Assembly: GCF_040274945.1 (NCBI RefSeq)
Contig: NZ_JBEMAR010000003.1
Coordinates: forward strand, 88,994 to 152,993
DNA length: 64,000 nucleotides
Source: Carnobacterium sp.
Lineage (GTDB): Bacteria > Bacillota > Bacilli > Lactobacillales > Carnobacteriaceae
Reading direction: 5' to 3'
Program-made: the position numbers and the translations under genes
The notes under the pieces: model-generated
What the model was told of the DNA's origin: nothing
The model's database searches: none
The model's input: the letters and a program-made list of their open reading frames with translations, nothing else
Part shown: piece by piece, positions 49,716 through 60,438 of the stretch
Layout of the letters: the number at the start of each line of letters is the position of its first letter
Position numbering within the stretch: position 1 is the first letter of the stretch

Positions 49716-52409
49716 TTATTTTTGCATGCTTACTTTTTGATTGTAACCCTTTTGAATGGACAGTCGAATAAATTTATTGAATTCCACTACAATCAATACC
49801 GTAATCCCACATAATAATGATAATCCCCACTCTTTACTCGTCATAGCTGAAGTATGGAATGCTTCCTGCATAAAAGGTACGTAAGTTAAAATTAATTGTA
49901 GGACTAGCATGATTCCAATAATTAGGAATGCTTTAGGATTCGTGAAAAACGAACGAGAAAAAGCAAGTTTTGAAGTTCGGATACTAAAAAGATAGAAAAT
50001 TTTACTAAATACGATAATGTTAACCATCATCGTACTGGCGGTTACTTGATCAGCTCCCATATACATCAACCATTCATAAGAAATAATACTCACGATCGCC
50101 ATTAAAATAGAAACATATGTCATTTGGAAAATATCTTGTTTGTTCATAAGTCCTCTACCCGTTTTTCTAGGTGGTCTATTCATAATACCCTCTTCAGCAG
50201 GTTCAAAAATAAACGCAAATTGAATCGTAATTGCAGATACCATATTGATCCAAAGTAGTTGCGTAGCTTGAAGTGGCATATCTCGTTGCATTAAAATCGT
50301 AATCGCAATGATCAACCCTTCAGCAAATGAAGTTGGCAGCAAAAAGAGTATACTCTTTTTGATATTATCATAAATACGACGCCCTTCTTTAATAGCAACA
50401 GACATAGTTGCAAAGTTATCGTCTGCTAAAATCATGTCAGCAGAATCTTTGGCTACGTCAGTACCTTTGATTCCCATCGCAACACCAATATCAGCCTTTT
50501 TCAAGGCTGGAGCATCGTTTACACCATCCCCTGTCATGGCAGTTATCTTATCATTTGCTTGAAGCGCAGAAATAATCTCTAACTTATTTTTAGGAGTAGT
50601 TCTAGCAAAAACTTGATATTTTAGAGCAGCTTTCTTTTGTTCCTCTTCTGACATCTTATCCCATTTTGGACCCGTAATGACGCTAATGTTATCGGCCAAT
50701 CCTAACTTTTCACCAATTGTTTTAGCAGTAAGCGGATGGTCTCCAGTAATCATCTTGACTTCAACACCTGCTTTTCGCATCTCTCTTAAAGAGCCAATAA
50801 CTTCTTCACGTGGCGGATCAATAATACCAGCTAAGCCTAGGAAAGTTATACCCGAAGATAACGAATCATGAGTAATCTCATCTACCCCATCTGGAATCAA
50901 TCGGTACCCAACAGCGACTACTCGTTTTCCTTGAAGAGAAAGTTCTTCAACTCTTGAATTCCATTCAACTTGATTGAATAGCGAATCATAGGTAGTTGCC
51001 ATTGGAAACAACTTATCAGGTGATCCTTTAATAAAAAGTATCTTTTGTGCAGTCTCTGTATCTAGAACCAACTTTGCCATATAACGATAATCGGAGTCAA
51101 AAGGAATCATATCTAGTTCTTCATACTTATTTTTCTTCTCATATTCATATACTTTATGATACAACGTCAAGAATGACCCATCTGTCGGCTCCCCATTCAA
51201 TGACCAATTATTCCCTTCTTTTATAAGTGTTGTATCATTAGCTTCATATCCTGCATCTAAAAAAAGTGTTAATTTTTTATTTAGCTCAACGTGTTTTCTA
51301 AATTCTGTTATTTCTCCTTTAGGATTATACCCATCACCCGTTACTTCATAATGATGGGTATCAATGTAAATATCTTTAACCGTCATTTCATTTTTTGTTA
51401 AAGTTCCAGTTTTGTCTGTTGCAATAATATCAACCGACCCTAACGTTTCTACCGCAGGTAGCGATTTTACAATAGTATGTTTCTTTTTAGCCATGTCACT
51501 CACACCCATGGCTAAAATTACAGAAGTAGTCGCTGGAAGTCCTTCAGGTATTGAACCTACAATCATTGTTACCACTGCTAAAGAAAGAACTGACAAAGCA
51601 TGGGTTTCTAAAAGAATACCAATGATAAAAAGGATGATTGCTGCACCAATCACAACATAAGATACCCCTTTTCCTAGCCCATCTATTTCTCGCATTAAAG
51701 GGGTTTTTCTTTCTTTTACTCCTTTAACTTCTATTGATATTTTTCCAATTTCTGTTTGTTCAGCCGTTGCGACTACAACACCTAACCCACTTCCGTTTGT
51801 CACAGATGTTGAAGCAAAGGCTGTGTTTGTTTGTTCTGCTAATGCAACATCAGTAGCTGTTAGTGCCTGGATTGTCTTCTCTACTGAATCTGCTTCTCCT
51901 GTAAGAGCAGATTCTTGAATGCGTAAGTTATCTGTATCTACAATCCGTAAATCTGCTGGTACGCTGTCCCCTGCTTCTAAAAAGACAACATCGCCTACTA
52001 CTAACTCTTCTGCAGGAATGTCTAATCTTTGCCCTTCACGGTAAACGGTCGCTTGGGTCGATAGCATACTTTTTATTTTTTCTAATGCATCTGAGGCATT
52101 TACTTCTTGATAGTAACCAATCAAGGCGTTAATGATGACTACCAGGCCAATTATAAACGCATCTGACAAGTGTCCCATTAATATCGTTAACAAAGCAGCA
52201 AAAATTAAAATATATATAATCATATTATTGAATTGTCGAACAAAAAGTTTCCATTTAGGTGTTGTTTCAGTGGCCAATTGATTTGGTCCATCTAACTCAA
52301 AACGATTCTTTGCTTCTGTGTGGCTTAGTCCATTTTCAAAGTCCTCTTGTGTATAATTTTTAGATAAATTTTCAACTGTTTTTTGATAATTTTTTATATC
52401 TGTTTTCAT
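49716..52409 (-). CDS. P2-type cation-transporting ATPase
   Basis: TGEA, IPEGLP, DKTGTLT, KGSPD, MITGDH, TGDGVNDAPALK. Confidence 0.95.
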   Translation of the reverse strand: MKTDIKNYQKTVENLSKNYTQEDFENGLSHTEAKNRFELDGPNQLATETTPKWKLFVRQFNNMIIYILIFAALLTILMGHLSDAFIIGLVVIINALIGYYQEVNASDALEKIKSMLSTQATVYREGQRLDIPAEELVVGDVVFLEAGDSVPADLRIVDTDNLRIQESALTGEADSVEKTIQALTATDVALAEQTNTAFASTSVTNGSGLGVVVATAEQTEIGKISIEVKGVKERKTPLMREIDGLGKGVSYVVIGAAIILFIIGILLETHALSVLSLAVVTMIVGSIPEGLPATTSVILAMGVSDMAKKKHTIVKSLPAVETLGSVDIIATDKTGTLTKNEMTVKDIYIDTHHYEVTGDGYNPKGEITEFRKHVELNKKLTLFLDAGYEANDTTLIKEGNNWSLNGEPTDGSFLTLYHKVYEYEKKNKYEELDMIPFDSDYRYMAKLVLDTETAQKILFIKGSPDKLFPMATTYDSLFNQVEWNSRVEELSLQGKRVVAVGYRLIPDGVDEITHDSLSSGITFLGLAGIIDPPREEVIGSLREMRKAGVEVKMITGDHPLTAKTIGEKLGLADNISVITGPKWDKMSEEEQKKAALKYQVFARTTPKNKLEIISALQANDKITAMTGDGVNDAPALKKADIGVAMGIKGTDVAKDSADMILADDNFATMSVAIKEGRRIYDNIKKSILFLLPTSFAEGLIIAITILMQRDMPLQATQLLWINMVSAITIQFAFIFEPAEEGIMNRPPRKTGRGLMNKQDIFQMTYVSILMAIVSIISYEWLMYMGADQVTASTMMVNIIVFSKIFYLFSIRTSKLAFSRSFFTNPKAFLIIGIMLVLQLILTYVPFMQEAFHTSAMTSKEWGLSLLCGITVLIVVEFNKFIRLSIQKGYNQKVSMQK

Positions 52410-52459
52410 TTTTTATATTCTCTCCCTTATTCTCATTAAGTGTACGCAAAAATAGCACC

Positions 52460-52549
52460 TCATCTTTTGATGACGTACTTAGCTACTCTATTTGAATATA
52501 AGAAGTATAAAAAAAAACTGTACAAATCACCCTCGTCATCATCTGACAT
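52460..52549 (-). CDS. Putative 29-aa leader or small protein upstream of the P-type ATPase
   Basis: AAGGGGGTG RBS, 7 nt spacer, ATG; MSDDDEGDLYSFFLYFLYSNRVAKYVIKR*. Extended -10 TGGTATAAT just upstream. Confidence 0.4.
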   Translation of the reverse strand: MSDDDEGDLYSFFLYFLYSNRVAKYVIKR

Positions 52550-52958
52550 TAAAAAAACACCCCCTTTTTTTATTTATTATACCAAAGCTAACACACTAGT
52601 TCTCCATTGTCAATTACTCCATACAGAGCAGTAAATAGCATCCGTTTAATTATATTATAAAATTTTTCAAATAATTATTTACTCTGTTTAATCATGTTAC
52701 CTTCTAAATAATCGCCTTTGGTCTAATGAAATAATCTATTATCTTAACTTATTTCTTACTTTTATATACTCATAAAAAGATTTTACAAAATTTATAAATA
52801 TAAAATACCTGTTTTTCAGTTTGACGATATCATATATACGTGGACTGCTATTTATTTAGATAGATTTCACTAAATAAATTAAGTGCAAAAGAGTCTGTTG
52901 TTTACCTACTTCGAATATGGTATATTATGTTTCATAAAAAAAAGAAATAAAGGAGATA

Positions 52959-54287
52959 ATGATAAAAATGAATTCAGACCCCGATAGTCAGTCATTACTA
53001 GCACAGATTATGATTATAGTTGTGTTGACTGCTATAAATGCTTTTTTTGCAGCTTCAGAAATCGCATTTGTATCTTTAGATCAAAACAAAGTAAAAGAGA
53101 AAGCTGCAACTGGTGATAAAAAAGCATTAAATATTCTAAAGTTATTAGCTCACTCAGATAATTTCTTAGCCACTATTCAAGTAGCTATAACTTTAGCAGG
53201 TTTTTTTGCTAGTGCCTCTGCTGCTACTAGTTTTGCTACACGTTTGGAACCAATTCTCAGTAACGTTCCGGGTGGGCAACAGATTGCTACAATAATAGTA
53301 ACGATTATTCTATCGTATTTCACACTAGTATTTGGTGAACTTTACCCGAAACAAGTTGCTTTGCAACGATCAGAAGCCGTAGCTGGTTTCACAGCTGGTA
53401 CAATTCTTATTGTTCAAAAGGTGACGAAACCCTTTGTAGCCTTATTATCTTTTTCAACTAGTTTACTTAAAAAGATAACACCCATTGATTTCACTGAAAG
53501 CGAAGAAAAAATGACTCGCGATGAATTTCGTGCCTACTTAGTGAATAGCCAAAAAGAAGGTGCAATTGACCTGACGGAGTTTTCAATGCTACGCGGTGTT
53601 TTATCAATGGATACTAAAATGGCCAGAGAGATCATGGTTCCTCGTACAGATGTTTTTATGATCGATTATGAAGACGGTAATGAACTAAACATTCCTTTAT
53701 TATTAAATTGTAACCATTCACGTGTCCCGTTATATGAGGCTGAGAAAGATACTATTATCGGTATTTTACACGTGAAAAGTTTGTTAAAAGCTTCTAGAGA
53801 AACAAGTTTAGATGAAATTGATTTAAAAACAATCTTGAATGAACCACTTTATGTTCCGGAAACGATCTTCATGGATGACTTGTTGTATAATTTAAAGAAA
53901 ACACATAATCAAATAGCTATACTGAGTGATGAATACGGAGGTGTTGTAGGTATCGTCACCTTAGAGGACTTACTTGAAGAAATCGTTGGAGATATCGACG
54001 ATGAGTATGATGAAACCTATAACTTAATAGAAGAGTTACCTGATAACCGTTATTTAGTAGATGGAGCCACTCAATTATCAAAATTTAACGAATATTTTAA
54101 TACAACGATTCAATCAAATGATGTCGATTCAATTGCTGGGTATTTTATTACACAACATGGTAATATTCCACGTCCTAATGAGCAAGCTACTATTGAATAT
54201 GGTGATTATCGTTTGACTGCCCATAAGGTTGAGGGTACTCGTTTACTAAACTTGTACGTCGATCGTTTAACGGATCACAACAAATAA
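52959..54287 (+). CDS. CNNM/CorC-type hemolysin-family protein (DUF21 + CBS pair + CorC)
   Basis: FFAASEIA, FLATIQVAIT, FGELYPK, MVPRTD, HSRVPLY, DEYGGVVGIVTLEDLLEEIVG. Confidence 0.92.
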   Translation: MIKMNSDPDSQSLLAQIMIIVVLTAINAFFAASEIAFVSLDQNKVKEKAATGDKKALNILKLLAHSDNFLATIQVAITLAGFFASASAATSFATRLEPILSNVPGGQQIATIIVTIILSYFTLVFGELYPKQVALQRSEAVAGFTAGTILIVQKVTKPFVALLSFSTSLLKKITPIDFTESEEKMTRDEFRAYLVNSQKEGAIDLTEFSMLRGVLSMDTKMAREIMVPRTDVFMIDYEDGNELNIPLLLNCNHSRVPLYEAEKDTIIGILHVKSLLKASRETSLDEIDLKTILNEPLYVPETIFMDDLLYNLKKTHNQIAILSDEYGGVVGIVTLEDLLEEIVGDIDDEYDETYNLIEELPDNRYLVDGATQLSKFNEYFNTTIQSNDVDSIAGYFITQHGNIPRPNEQATIEYGDYRLTAHKVEGTRLLNLYVDRLTDHNK

Positions 54288-54342
54288 AGTAAAAGAATAA
54301 ATTTAATTCTCTGATTTATTTGTTGACTATATTTTCTAATAG

Positions 54343-54387
54343 AAAAAAGTCTTCAATACGCGTTTTAGTGTATTGAAGACTTTTTTT
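54343..54387. terminator. Bidirectional terminator
   Basis: AAAAAAGTCTTCAATAC ... GTATTGAAGACTTTTTT. Confidence 0.8.
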
Positions 54388-54489
54388 ATTATTTGTAATT
54401 GAATACATGACATTGTATCTTTCTTATTATAAAGTGTAAATAAGTTTCCACAAACCTAATACTTTTCAAGAAAACATTTTAGTCAAAAC

Positions 54490-55488
54490 CTAATTAATAG
54501 AACTCTCTATAACCTCTGAGTTATTTTCTTCATCATTATTATCTAATTCCAATTGCTCACGAAGCAAATTAGAAACTCGATTTACTTCTTCATCAGTTAC
54601 CATTTCATAATAAATATCATTCATCTTTTCTCCTGTACCGCTTAATTGTATTTGCTCAATATTTGCGGCAGCTGAACTATAGTCATTAAAGATATCTACC
54701 ATGTTTTCAAACGTTAAATTTGTCTTCATATTGTTTTCTAACGTATTTAATAACTCACGGTACTTTAAGATAGAAGAAAAGGAACTAGCTTTCTTAATGG
54801 ATGCGTCAAGTACTTGCCTCTGCCTAGCTTGTCTACCATAGTCTCCTTGAGGATCTTCATAACGCATACGTGTATATGCTAAAGTTTTTTCACCACTCAT
54901 TTTAGTTGGTTCTCCATTACTAAATTCATGTCCATCTTGTATAAAAGTTAATGGTGGGGTGATAGTAACTCCTCCAAGTGCGTCTGCTAATTCCTGCAAT
55001 CCTTTCATATTAATTTCAACATAGTAATCAATTGGAATATTTAATAAGTTTTGTACTGTATTGATTGACATCTGTACTCCGCCAAAAGCATAGGCATGAT
55101 TAATTTTATCTTTTGTTCCATGTCCAATAATTTCAGTGTATGTATCACGAGGGATACTTAAAATAGTCATTTTTTCTTTTCGTTTATTAACTGTTAATAA
55201 CATGACAGTATCCGAACGGCCCTTTTCAGTTCGACCTAAATCCCCACTATCTGTTCCTAACAGCAGCATAGAAAAAGGGTGATCCTCTACTTTGACGTCA
55301 ATAGGTTTAGAACGTTTATTTTCTGTTTCAATATTTTTAAAAACAGTATCCGAAGCATTACGAACATCTATGTACACTTTCCAACCAAATAATCCACCTG
55401 TAACTAGTAGTACAAGTGCTAAAATTAGAAGCACTCTTACTTTATGACTCCGTTTGTTTGTTTGTTTTTCAGAACGTTTATTTGGCAT
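54490..55488 (-). CDS. LCP (LytR-CpsA-Psr) family wall-polymer transferase
   Basis: One TM segment; LLLGTD, GRSDTVM, SIPRDT, KINHAYAFGG, GDYGRQARQ. Confidence 0.95.
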   Translation of the reverse strand: MPNKRSEKQTNKRSHKVRVLLILALVLLVTGGLFGWKVYIDVRNASDTVFKNIETENKRSKPIDVKVEDHPFSMLLLGTDSGDLGRTEKGRSDTVMLLTVNKRKEKMTILSIPRDTYTEIIGHGTKDKINHAYAFGGVQMSINTVQNLLNIPIDYYVEINMKGLQELADALGGVTITPPLTFIQDGHEFSNGEPTKMSGEKTLAYTRMRYEDPQGDYGRQARQRQVLDASIKKASSFSSILKYRELLNTLENNMKTNLTFENMVDIFNDYSSAAANIEQIQLSGTGEKMNDIYYEMVTDEEVNRVSNLLREQLELDNNDEENNSEVIESSIN

Positions 55489-55804
55489 AGAACTTCTCCC
55501 TTTTGTTTATAATAGTTTCTACTTAAAATGTACTTTCGGCTAAAGAAAGATCTATAAAGCTAATTTTTACTGAGCAAATGGTACAAATTTTTTATTATCT
55601 TAACTTACTCCTCCAATTCCTTGAACACTTTCTCAACGAGCTCTATCCAAATTCTTAAATACTTCACTAAAGTCAAAAACGGCATTCATAAAAATCTACT
55701 TATTGTAGATATCTAATGATATTCTGTTGCTTTAATAGAATATCAAAATTTCCTTAAATTTTCCTATGGTTTTCCATAAAAAATATTTTTACGTATCTTA
55801 TAAA

Positions 55805-55848
55805 GTAAAGAAGTACATTCAATAGACTTATTGAATGTACTTCTTTAC
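55805..55848. terminator. Terminator hairpin downstream of uppP
   Basis: GTAAAGAAGTACATTCAATA ... TATTGAATGTACTTCTTTAC. Confidence 0.7.
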
Positions 55849-55925
55849 AGATAACGTTGATTCTTATATTTCCTCTTATTTAATATTTAATAGGAAATAT
55901 CAATATCGTTTAAAGCATTATTGTC

Positions 55926-56747
55926 TTAAAAGAAAATTAGAAGTAAGATACCTAAAATAAAACAATAATAGGAAAAATAAACTAATTTCCCTTTTTTCAT
56001 AATTCCCATAAACCACTTCATAGCAAAATAGGACATTACAAGAGCTGCAATAAATGCAGCTAAATACGGAATGGCTAAGTCGGTTTTATTTGGTTCATTT
56101 AAAAAATCAGAAAAACCTAATATCACTCCTCCGAGACTTACAGGAATATATAGCATAAATGAAAATCGAAGTGCGGTATCTTGTTTCATTCCTACAGCAA
56201 TAGCTGAAATAATGGTTGCTCCAGAACGACTAATTCCCGGAGTCAAGGCTACAGCTTGTCCTAATCCTACTATTAAAGCATCCTTTATAGTAATATCACT
56301 CTCGCTTTTATTACCCTTTATATTTCGAATCAACCATAAAGCAGTACCTGTCGCAAATAGCATTAAAGCTATTACTATCATACTAACATTGTCTGCTATA
56401 TAGTCCTTTAATAATAATCCGAGAACACCTGCCGGAATGCTCCCAATAATAATAAATAAAACAAAGAAAAAGTCACTCTTATAGCGAGCATTTTTCGTTT
56501 TCAAATAATGAATTGAATTTGTTGCAAGTCTTAAAATGTCCTTCCTATAAATAAAAACAATAGCAACTAACGAAGCTGTATTGGTTAGTATAGCAAATGT
56601 AAATCCCTGTTCACCTAGTCCTAATATTTCGCTAGCAATCATTACATGTCCACTAGATGACACAGGAATTGGTTCTGTAAATCCTTGAACCAACCCAATA
56701 ATTATCATTTTTATTATCAATATAATATCCAAAACTTCTATACACAT
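55926..56747 (-). CDS. uppP: Undecaprenyl-diphosphate phosphatase (BacA)
   Basis: VQGFTEPIPVSSSGH, GQAVALTPGISRSGAT. Confidence 0.95.
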   Translation of the reverse strand: MCIEVLDIILIIKMIIIGLVQGFTEPIPVSSSGHVMIASEILGLGEQGFTFAILTNTASLVAIVFIYRKDILRLATNSIHYLKTKNARYKSDFFFVLFIIIGSIPAGVLGLLLKDYIADNVSMIVIALMLFATGTALWLIRNIKGNKSESDITIKDALIVGLGQAVALTPGISRSGATIISAIAVGMKQDTALRFSFMLYIPVSLGGVILGFSDFLNEPNKTDLAIPYLAAFIAALVMSYFAMKWFMGIMKKGKLVYFSYYCFILGILLLIFF

Positions 56748-56859
56748 CTCCTTATCATTGCTTCAATTGTTAGCACTCGAATACTTAACTATTATGTTCT
56801 ATTCAAAAAGTAACTAGTATGCAATTCATAATTACAATCATTTACTTATAAGCGATTTA

Positions 56860-58614
56860 CTACTCTTCTACCATAAACTGAGCTTTGTGAAGGCTAGCAT
56901 AACTTCCACCTTTTTCTAACAACTCTTCGTGTGTACCAACTTCTAGGATATGTCCTTGATCTAAAACAATAATTTGATCAGCATTCTTAATCGTCGACAA
57001 TCGGTGAGCAATGACAAAACTGGTGTGCCCTTCCATCATTTGTAAGAAAGCAGATTGAATTTTTTGTTCCGTTAATGTATCTACAGAACTCGTTGCTTCG
57101 TCTAAAATCAACATGTCTGGATTAGAAATCATGGTACGCGCAATTGTCAATAATTGTCTTTGTCCTTCTGAAATCTTTATCCCACTTGATCCAATATTTG
57201 TATCTAGTTTTTCAGGTAATCGAACTACATAGTCATACATGTATGTTTTCTTCAATGCATCATAAATTATCTCATCTGTTGCATCTTTATTTCCATATTG
57301 AAGATTTGCTCGTAAAGATCCATCAAAAAGCCAAGTATCCTGTAAAACCATACCAAAACTCTGCCGTAAACTATCTTTAGTTATAGTACGAATATCAGTT
57401 CCATCAATAGATATGCTTCCTGAGTCAACGTCATAAAAACGCATGAGCAAATTGATCAACGTGGATTTCCCAGCACCCGTTTTCCCTACAATTGCAACTG
57501 TTTCTCCCGCATAAACTTTTAAACTAAAATCAGTAATTAAAGGTTCATCTTTCATGTAGGCAAAATCAACCTGCTTAAATTCTACTACTCCTTTAGCGTT
57601 TGTTAGAACTTTCGCATCGGTTTCATCCGGTTTTTCAATAGTTTGTTTCATGATATCATACGTTCGATCAAGTCCAGCTATTGCCAATTGAATTTCTGTG
57701 GTAATTCCAGAAATCTCAATGAATGGTTTGGTGAATTGTGTCGAGTAAATCGTAAAACTAGTAATAATTCCAATCGTAACATCAGTATTGCCATATAAAA
57801 TCAACAGTCCACCTACTAAACCAACTGCAATATACGCTAAATGGTCCACAACCCTTGAAAGAGGATTGGTTAAAGAAGACGCAAATTGAGCTTTTTGCCC
57901 TTCTGTATATAACTGTTGATTGATAGCTTCAAATTTTTCTTGAGTAGAGCTTTCTTGTTGAAAAGCTTTGACAATTTTTTGATTTAAAATCCGTTCATTA
58001 ATAAACCCAGACAATTCTCCCGTTATCTTTTGTTGGCTTTTAAAACGATACTGAGAAGTTTTAGCTACAAACCACATAACAAAAAAGATAATCGGTGCTG
58101 CAACCAATACAACCATTGTCAGTATCGGACTTAACACGATCATAAAAATAAAGGCCGCAACCAATGTCGGTATACCCGAAAATAACTGCATCAATAAAGA
58201 AGCAACAGCTACCGATACATTATCCATATCATTTGTAAATCGACTGACAATATTACCATGAGCTGTTTGATCATAGTAGTTTAGCGGAAGTTTATTTAAA
58301 TGGATAAACGCATCCTTACGTAGTTCTGCAATCGACTTGTAAGCAATACGATTGGCTAAAATTTGAATTAGCCATTGGCTGATTACTGTAACAACTAAAA
58401 TACCTGCTAATAAAATTAGTATTCGATACAACACATAAAAATTAACTTCACCTGCTCCAATCAGCAAGTCTACTCCGACTCCTATATAGTAAGTCATCAA
58501 AACAACCGATGCACCACTAAACAAGCCAAATATACTGGCGAATATTAATTCTTTTCGATATTTAGTAAGGTATGGCCAAAATAAATTAAATCCTTTGGAA
58601 GATATTTTTTTCAT
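56860..58614 (-). CDS. Heterodimeric multidrug-type ABC exporter, subunit 2
   Basis: TMD plus GKTGAGKST, ISEGQRQ, ILDEATSSVD, IAHRLST. Confidence 0.92.
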   Translation of the reverse strand: MKKISSKGFNLFWPYLTKYRKELIFASIFGLFSGASVVLMTYYIGVGVDLLIGAGEVNFYVLYRILILLAGILVVTVISQWLIQILANRIAYKSIAELRKDAFIHLNKLPLNYYDQTAHGNIVSRFTNDMDNVSVAVASLLMQLFSGIPTLVAAFIFMIVLSPILTMVVLVAAPIIFFVMWFVAKTSQYRFKSQQKITGELSGFINERILNQKIVKAFQQESSTQEKFEAINQQLYTEGQKAQFASSLTNPLSRVVDHLAYIAVGLVGGLLILYGNTDVTIGIITSFTIYSTQFTKPFIEISGITTEIQLAIAGLDRTYDIMKQTIEKPDETDAKVLTNAKGVVEFKQVDFAYMKDEPLITDFSLKVYAGETVAIVGKTGAGKSTLINLLMRFYDVDSGSISIDGTDIRTITKDSLRQSFGMVLQDTWLFDGSLRANLQYGNKDATDEIIYDALKKTYMYDYVVRLPEKLDTNIGSSGIKISEGQRQLLTIARTMISNPDMLILDEATSSVDTLTEQKIQSAFLQMMEGHTSFVIAHRLSTIKNADQIIVLDQGHILEVGTHEELLEKGGSYASLHKAQFMVEE

Positions 58615-58615
58615 T

Positions 58616-60331
58616 TTAGACCTCCTCCTGTGAAGTAACTAATTCTTGATAAGCTGTAGAATGTTTCATCAATTCGTCATGTGTTCCGCTAGCGACAATT
58701 CGTCCACTGTCCATTAGTAAAATTTGATTAGCTTGTTGTAATGACCGGATTCGTTGCGAAATAATGATGACGGTACCGTTTAAATTGTTTTTCAAAGCTT
58801 CTCGCAAATCCAAATCAGTTTGATAATCTAAAGCAGATAATGAATCATCCAATATCAATACTTTTGGCTTATTAACAATTGCACGAGCAATCGTTAACCT
58901 TTGGCGTTGACCACCAGAAAAATTCTTCCCATTTTCCATTATAAGAGTATCCAACTTATTGGGTAGTTTTTGAACAAAATCTAAACACTGTGCTATTTTT
59001 AATGCTTCCCAACACTCGTCATCCGTTGCATCTGCTTTACCCCACTGTAAATTCTCTCGAATTGTTCCGTGAAACAACACTGCTATTTGAGGCACCATTT
59101 TAATCTGATTACGCAATTCTTCTAAATCCCATTCTTTGACATTTAATCCAAGAAAGTTAACATTACCAGCACTAGCATCATAAAAGCGCGGAATCAACTG
59201 TGTCAAAGTCGTTTTTCCACTTCCGGTTCCCCCAGTGATCCCAATAACTGTGTTATCCGCTACGGAGAAATTAATATCCGTTAACGAAAGTCCAGCATCT
59301 CTACTATACCGAAAATCAACCTGATTAAATTCAATTAATGGCTGATTGATTTGGTTCACATTTTTACTGTTTTGTGGAGAAGTTAAGCTTGGATCAGTGT
59401 CCAATACCTCGTTCACTCGCTGCCCCGAAGCATACGCACGAGTAAAAACAACTATGAGGTTTGATACGACAATCAAAGCAAGCAACATTTGATTCATATA
59501 GCTAATTAATGCCAATATTTGACCTTGTTGTAGTGTCCCATCATTAACTGAAAAACCACCTAAGTATAATAAAGTAATCACGCCTATGTTCATAATCAAT
59601 GTCGTGCTTGGAGACATTAATGCCGAAATATTAGATACTTTTTCGTTTATTGTTGCTAATTCATCTGTTGTTTCAGAAAATACTTTGGTATCTGTTTCTT
59701 TTCTCGCATACGCACGAATCACACGCACTCCACTCAAGTTCTGAGCAACTAGTTTATTTAATCTATCTAAACGTTGTTGTACCTTTTGATACAAAGGAAC
59801 CGCATATCGAATGATTAAATATAGAATGACGCAGAAAATGGGCAACAATAAAAGAAAAATCAGCCCTAAACGCTTATCAATAATAAAGGCCATTACAACT
59901 GATCCTACACTTAAAAAGGGTGCACGCACAACAAGGCGAATCAACATAGCCAATGCCAGTTGTAATTGATTAACATCGTTAGTCATTCTAGTCACTAACG
60001 TATCTGTTCCAAAAAGATTTAAATCCTCATGGGAAAACTGATTGATTTTTCTCATCAATCGATTCCGCAACTCCGTTCCAAAACCTTGTGATGCAATGGA
60101 TGAAAAATATTGACAGATTATAGCGCAAACTCCCCCAGCTACCGTCAACAATACCATCCATCCTGCTATTTGCCATATGCGTGTACTATTCCCAACCTTA
60201 ATTCCTTCATCAATCAATTTTGCCATCATTAACGGCAAAATTAATTCAAAAAATGCTTCTAAAAACTTAAAAAATGGCCCCAATATAATTTGTTTCCGAT
60301 AATTTTTAGCATAACTCAATAAGCGTACCAA
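58616..60331 (-). CDS. Heterodimeric multidrug-type ABC exporter, subunit 1 (degenerate site)
   Basis: GGTGSGKTT, FSGGQRQR, degenerate ILDDSLSALD and SQR switch. Confidence 0.92.
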   Translation of the reverse strand: MVRLLSYAKNYRKQIILGPFFKFLEAFFELILPLMMAKLIDEGIKVGNSTRIWQIAGWMVLLTVAGGVCAIICQYFSSIASQGFGTELRNRLMRKINQFSHEDLNLFGTDTLVTRMTNDVNQLQLALAMLIRLVVRAPFLSVGSVVMAFIIDKRLGLIFLLLLPIFCVILYLIIRYAVPLYQKVQQRLDRLNKLVAQNLSGVRVIRAYARKETDTKVFSETTDELATINEKVSNISALMSPSTTLIMNIGVITLLYLGGFSVNDGTLQQGQILALISYMNQMLLALIVVSNLIVVFTRAYASGQRVNEVLDTDPSLTSPQNSKNVNQINQPLIEFNQVDFRYSRDAGLSLTDINFSVADNTVIGITGGTGSGKTTLTQLIPRFYDASAGNVNFLGLNVKEWDLEELRNQIKMVPQIAVLFHGTIRENLQWGKADATDDECWEALKIAQCLDFVQKLPNKLDTLIMENGKNFSGGQRQRLTIARAIVNKPKVLILDDSLSALDYQTDLDLREALKNNLNGTVIIISQRIRSLQQANQILLMDSGRIVASGTHDELMKHSTAYQELVTSQEEV

Positions 60332-60438
60332 ACAAACACATCCCTTAATTCTAAAGATTCTTTTTTATAAACTTCACCTTATTTAGACCTTAATAGCTAG
60401 TGAGAGTACTGACTCATTCTTAGTGTACTTAATATTGT

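Noticed and set aside
52455-52495. yybP-ykoY Mn2+ riboswitch, suggested by GAGTAGC and CGTCATC upstream of the P-type ATPase
   Set aside because: The spacing is too short for the four-way junction and the closing CAAGACC-type strand was not found. A covariance-model search would settle it.
52615-52635. M-box (Mg2+) riboswitch, suggested by GCTCTGTATGGAG on the minus strand
   Set aside because: The flanking M-box core (TTAGGTGAGGCT and downstream helices) is absent, so the match is probably chance.
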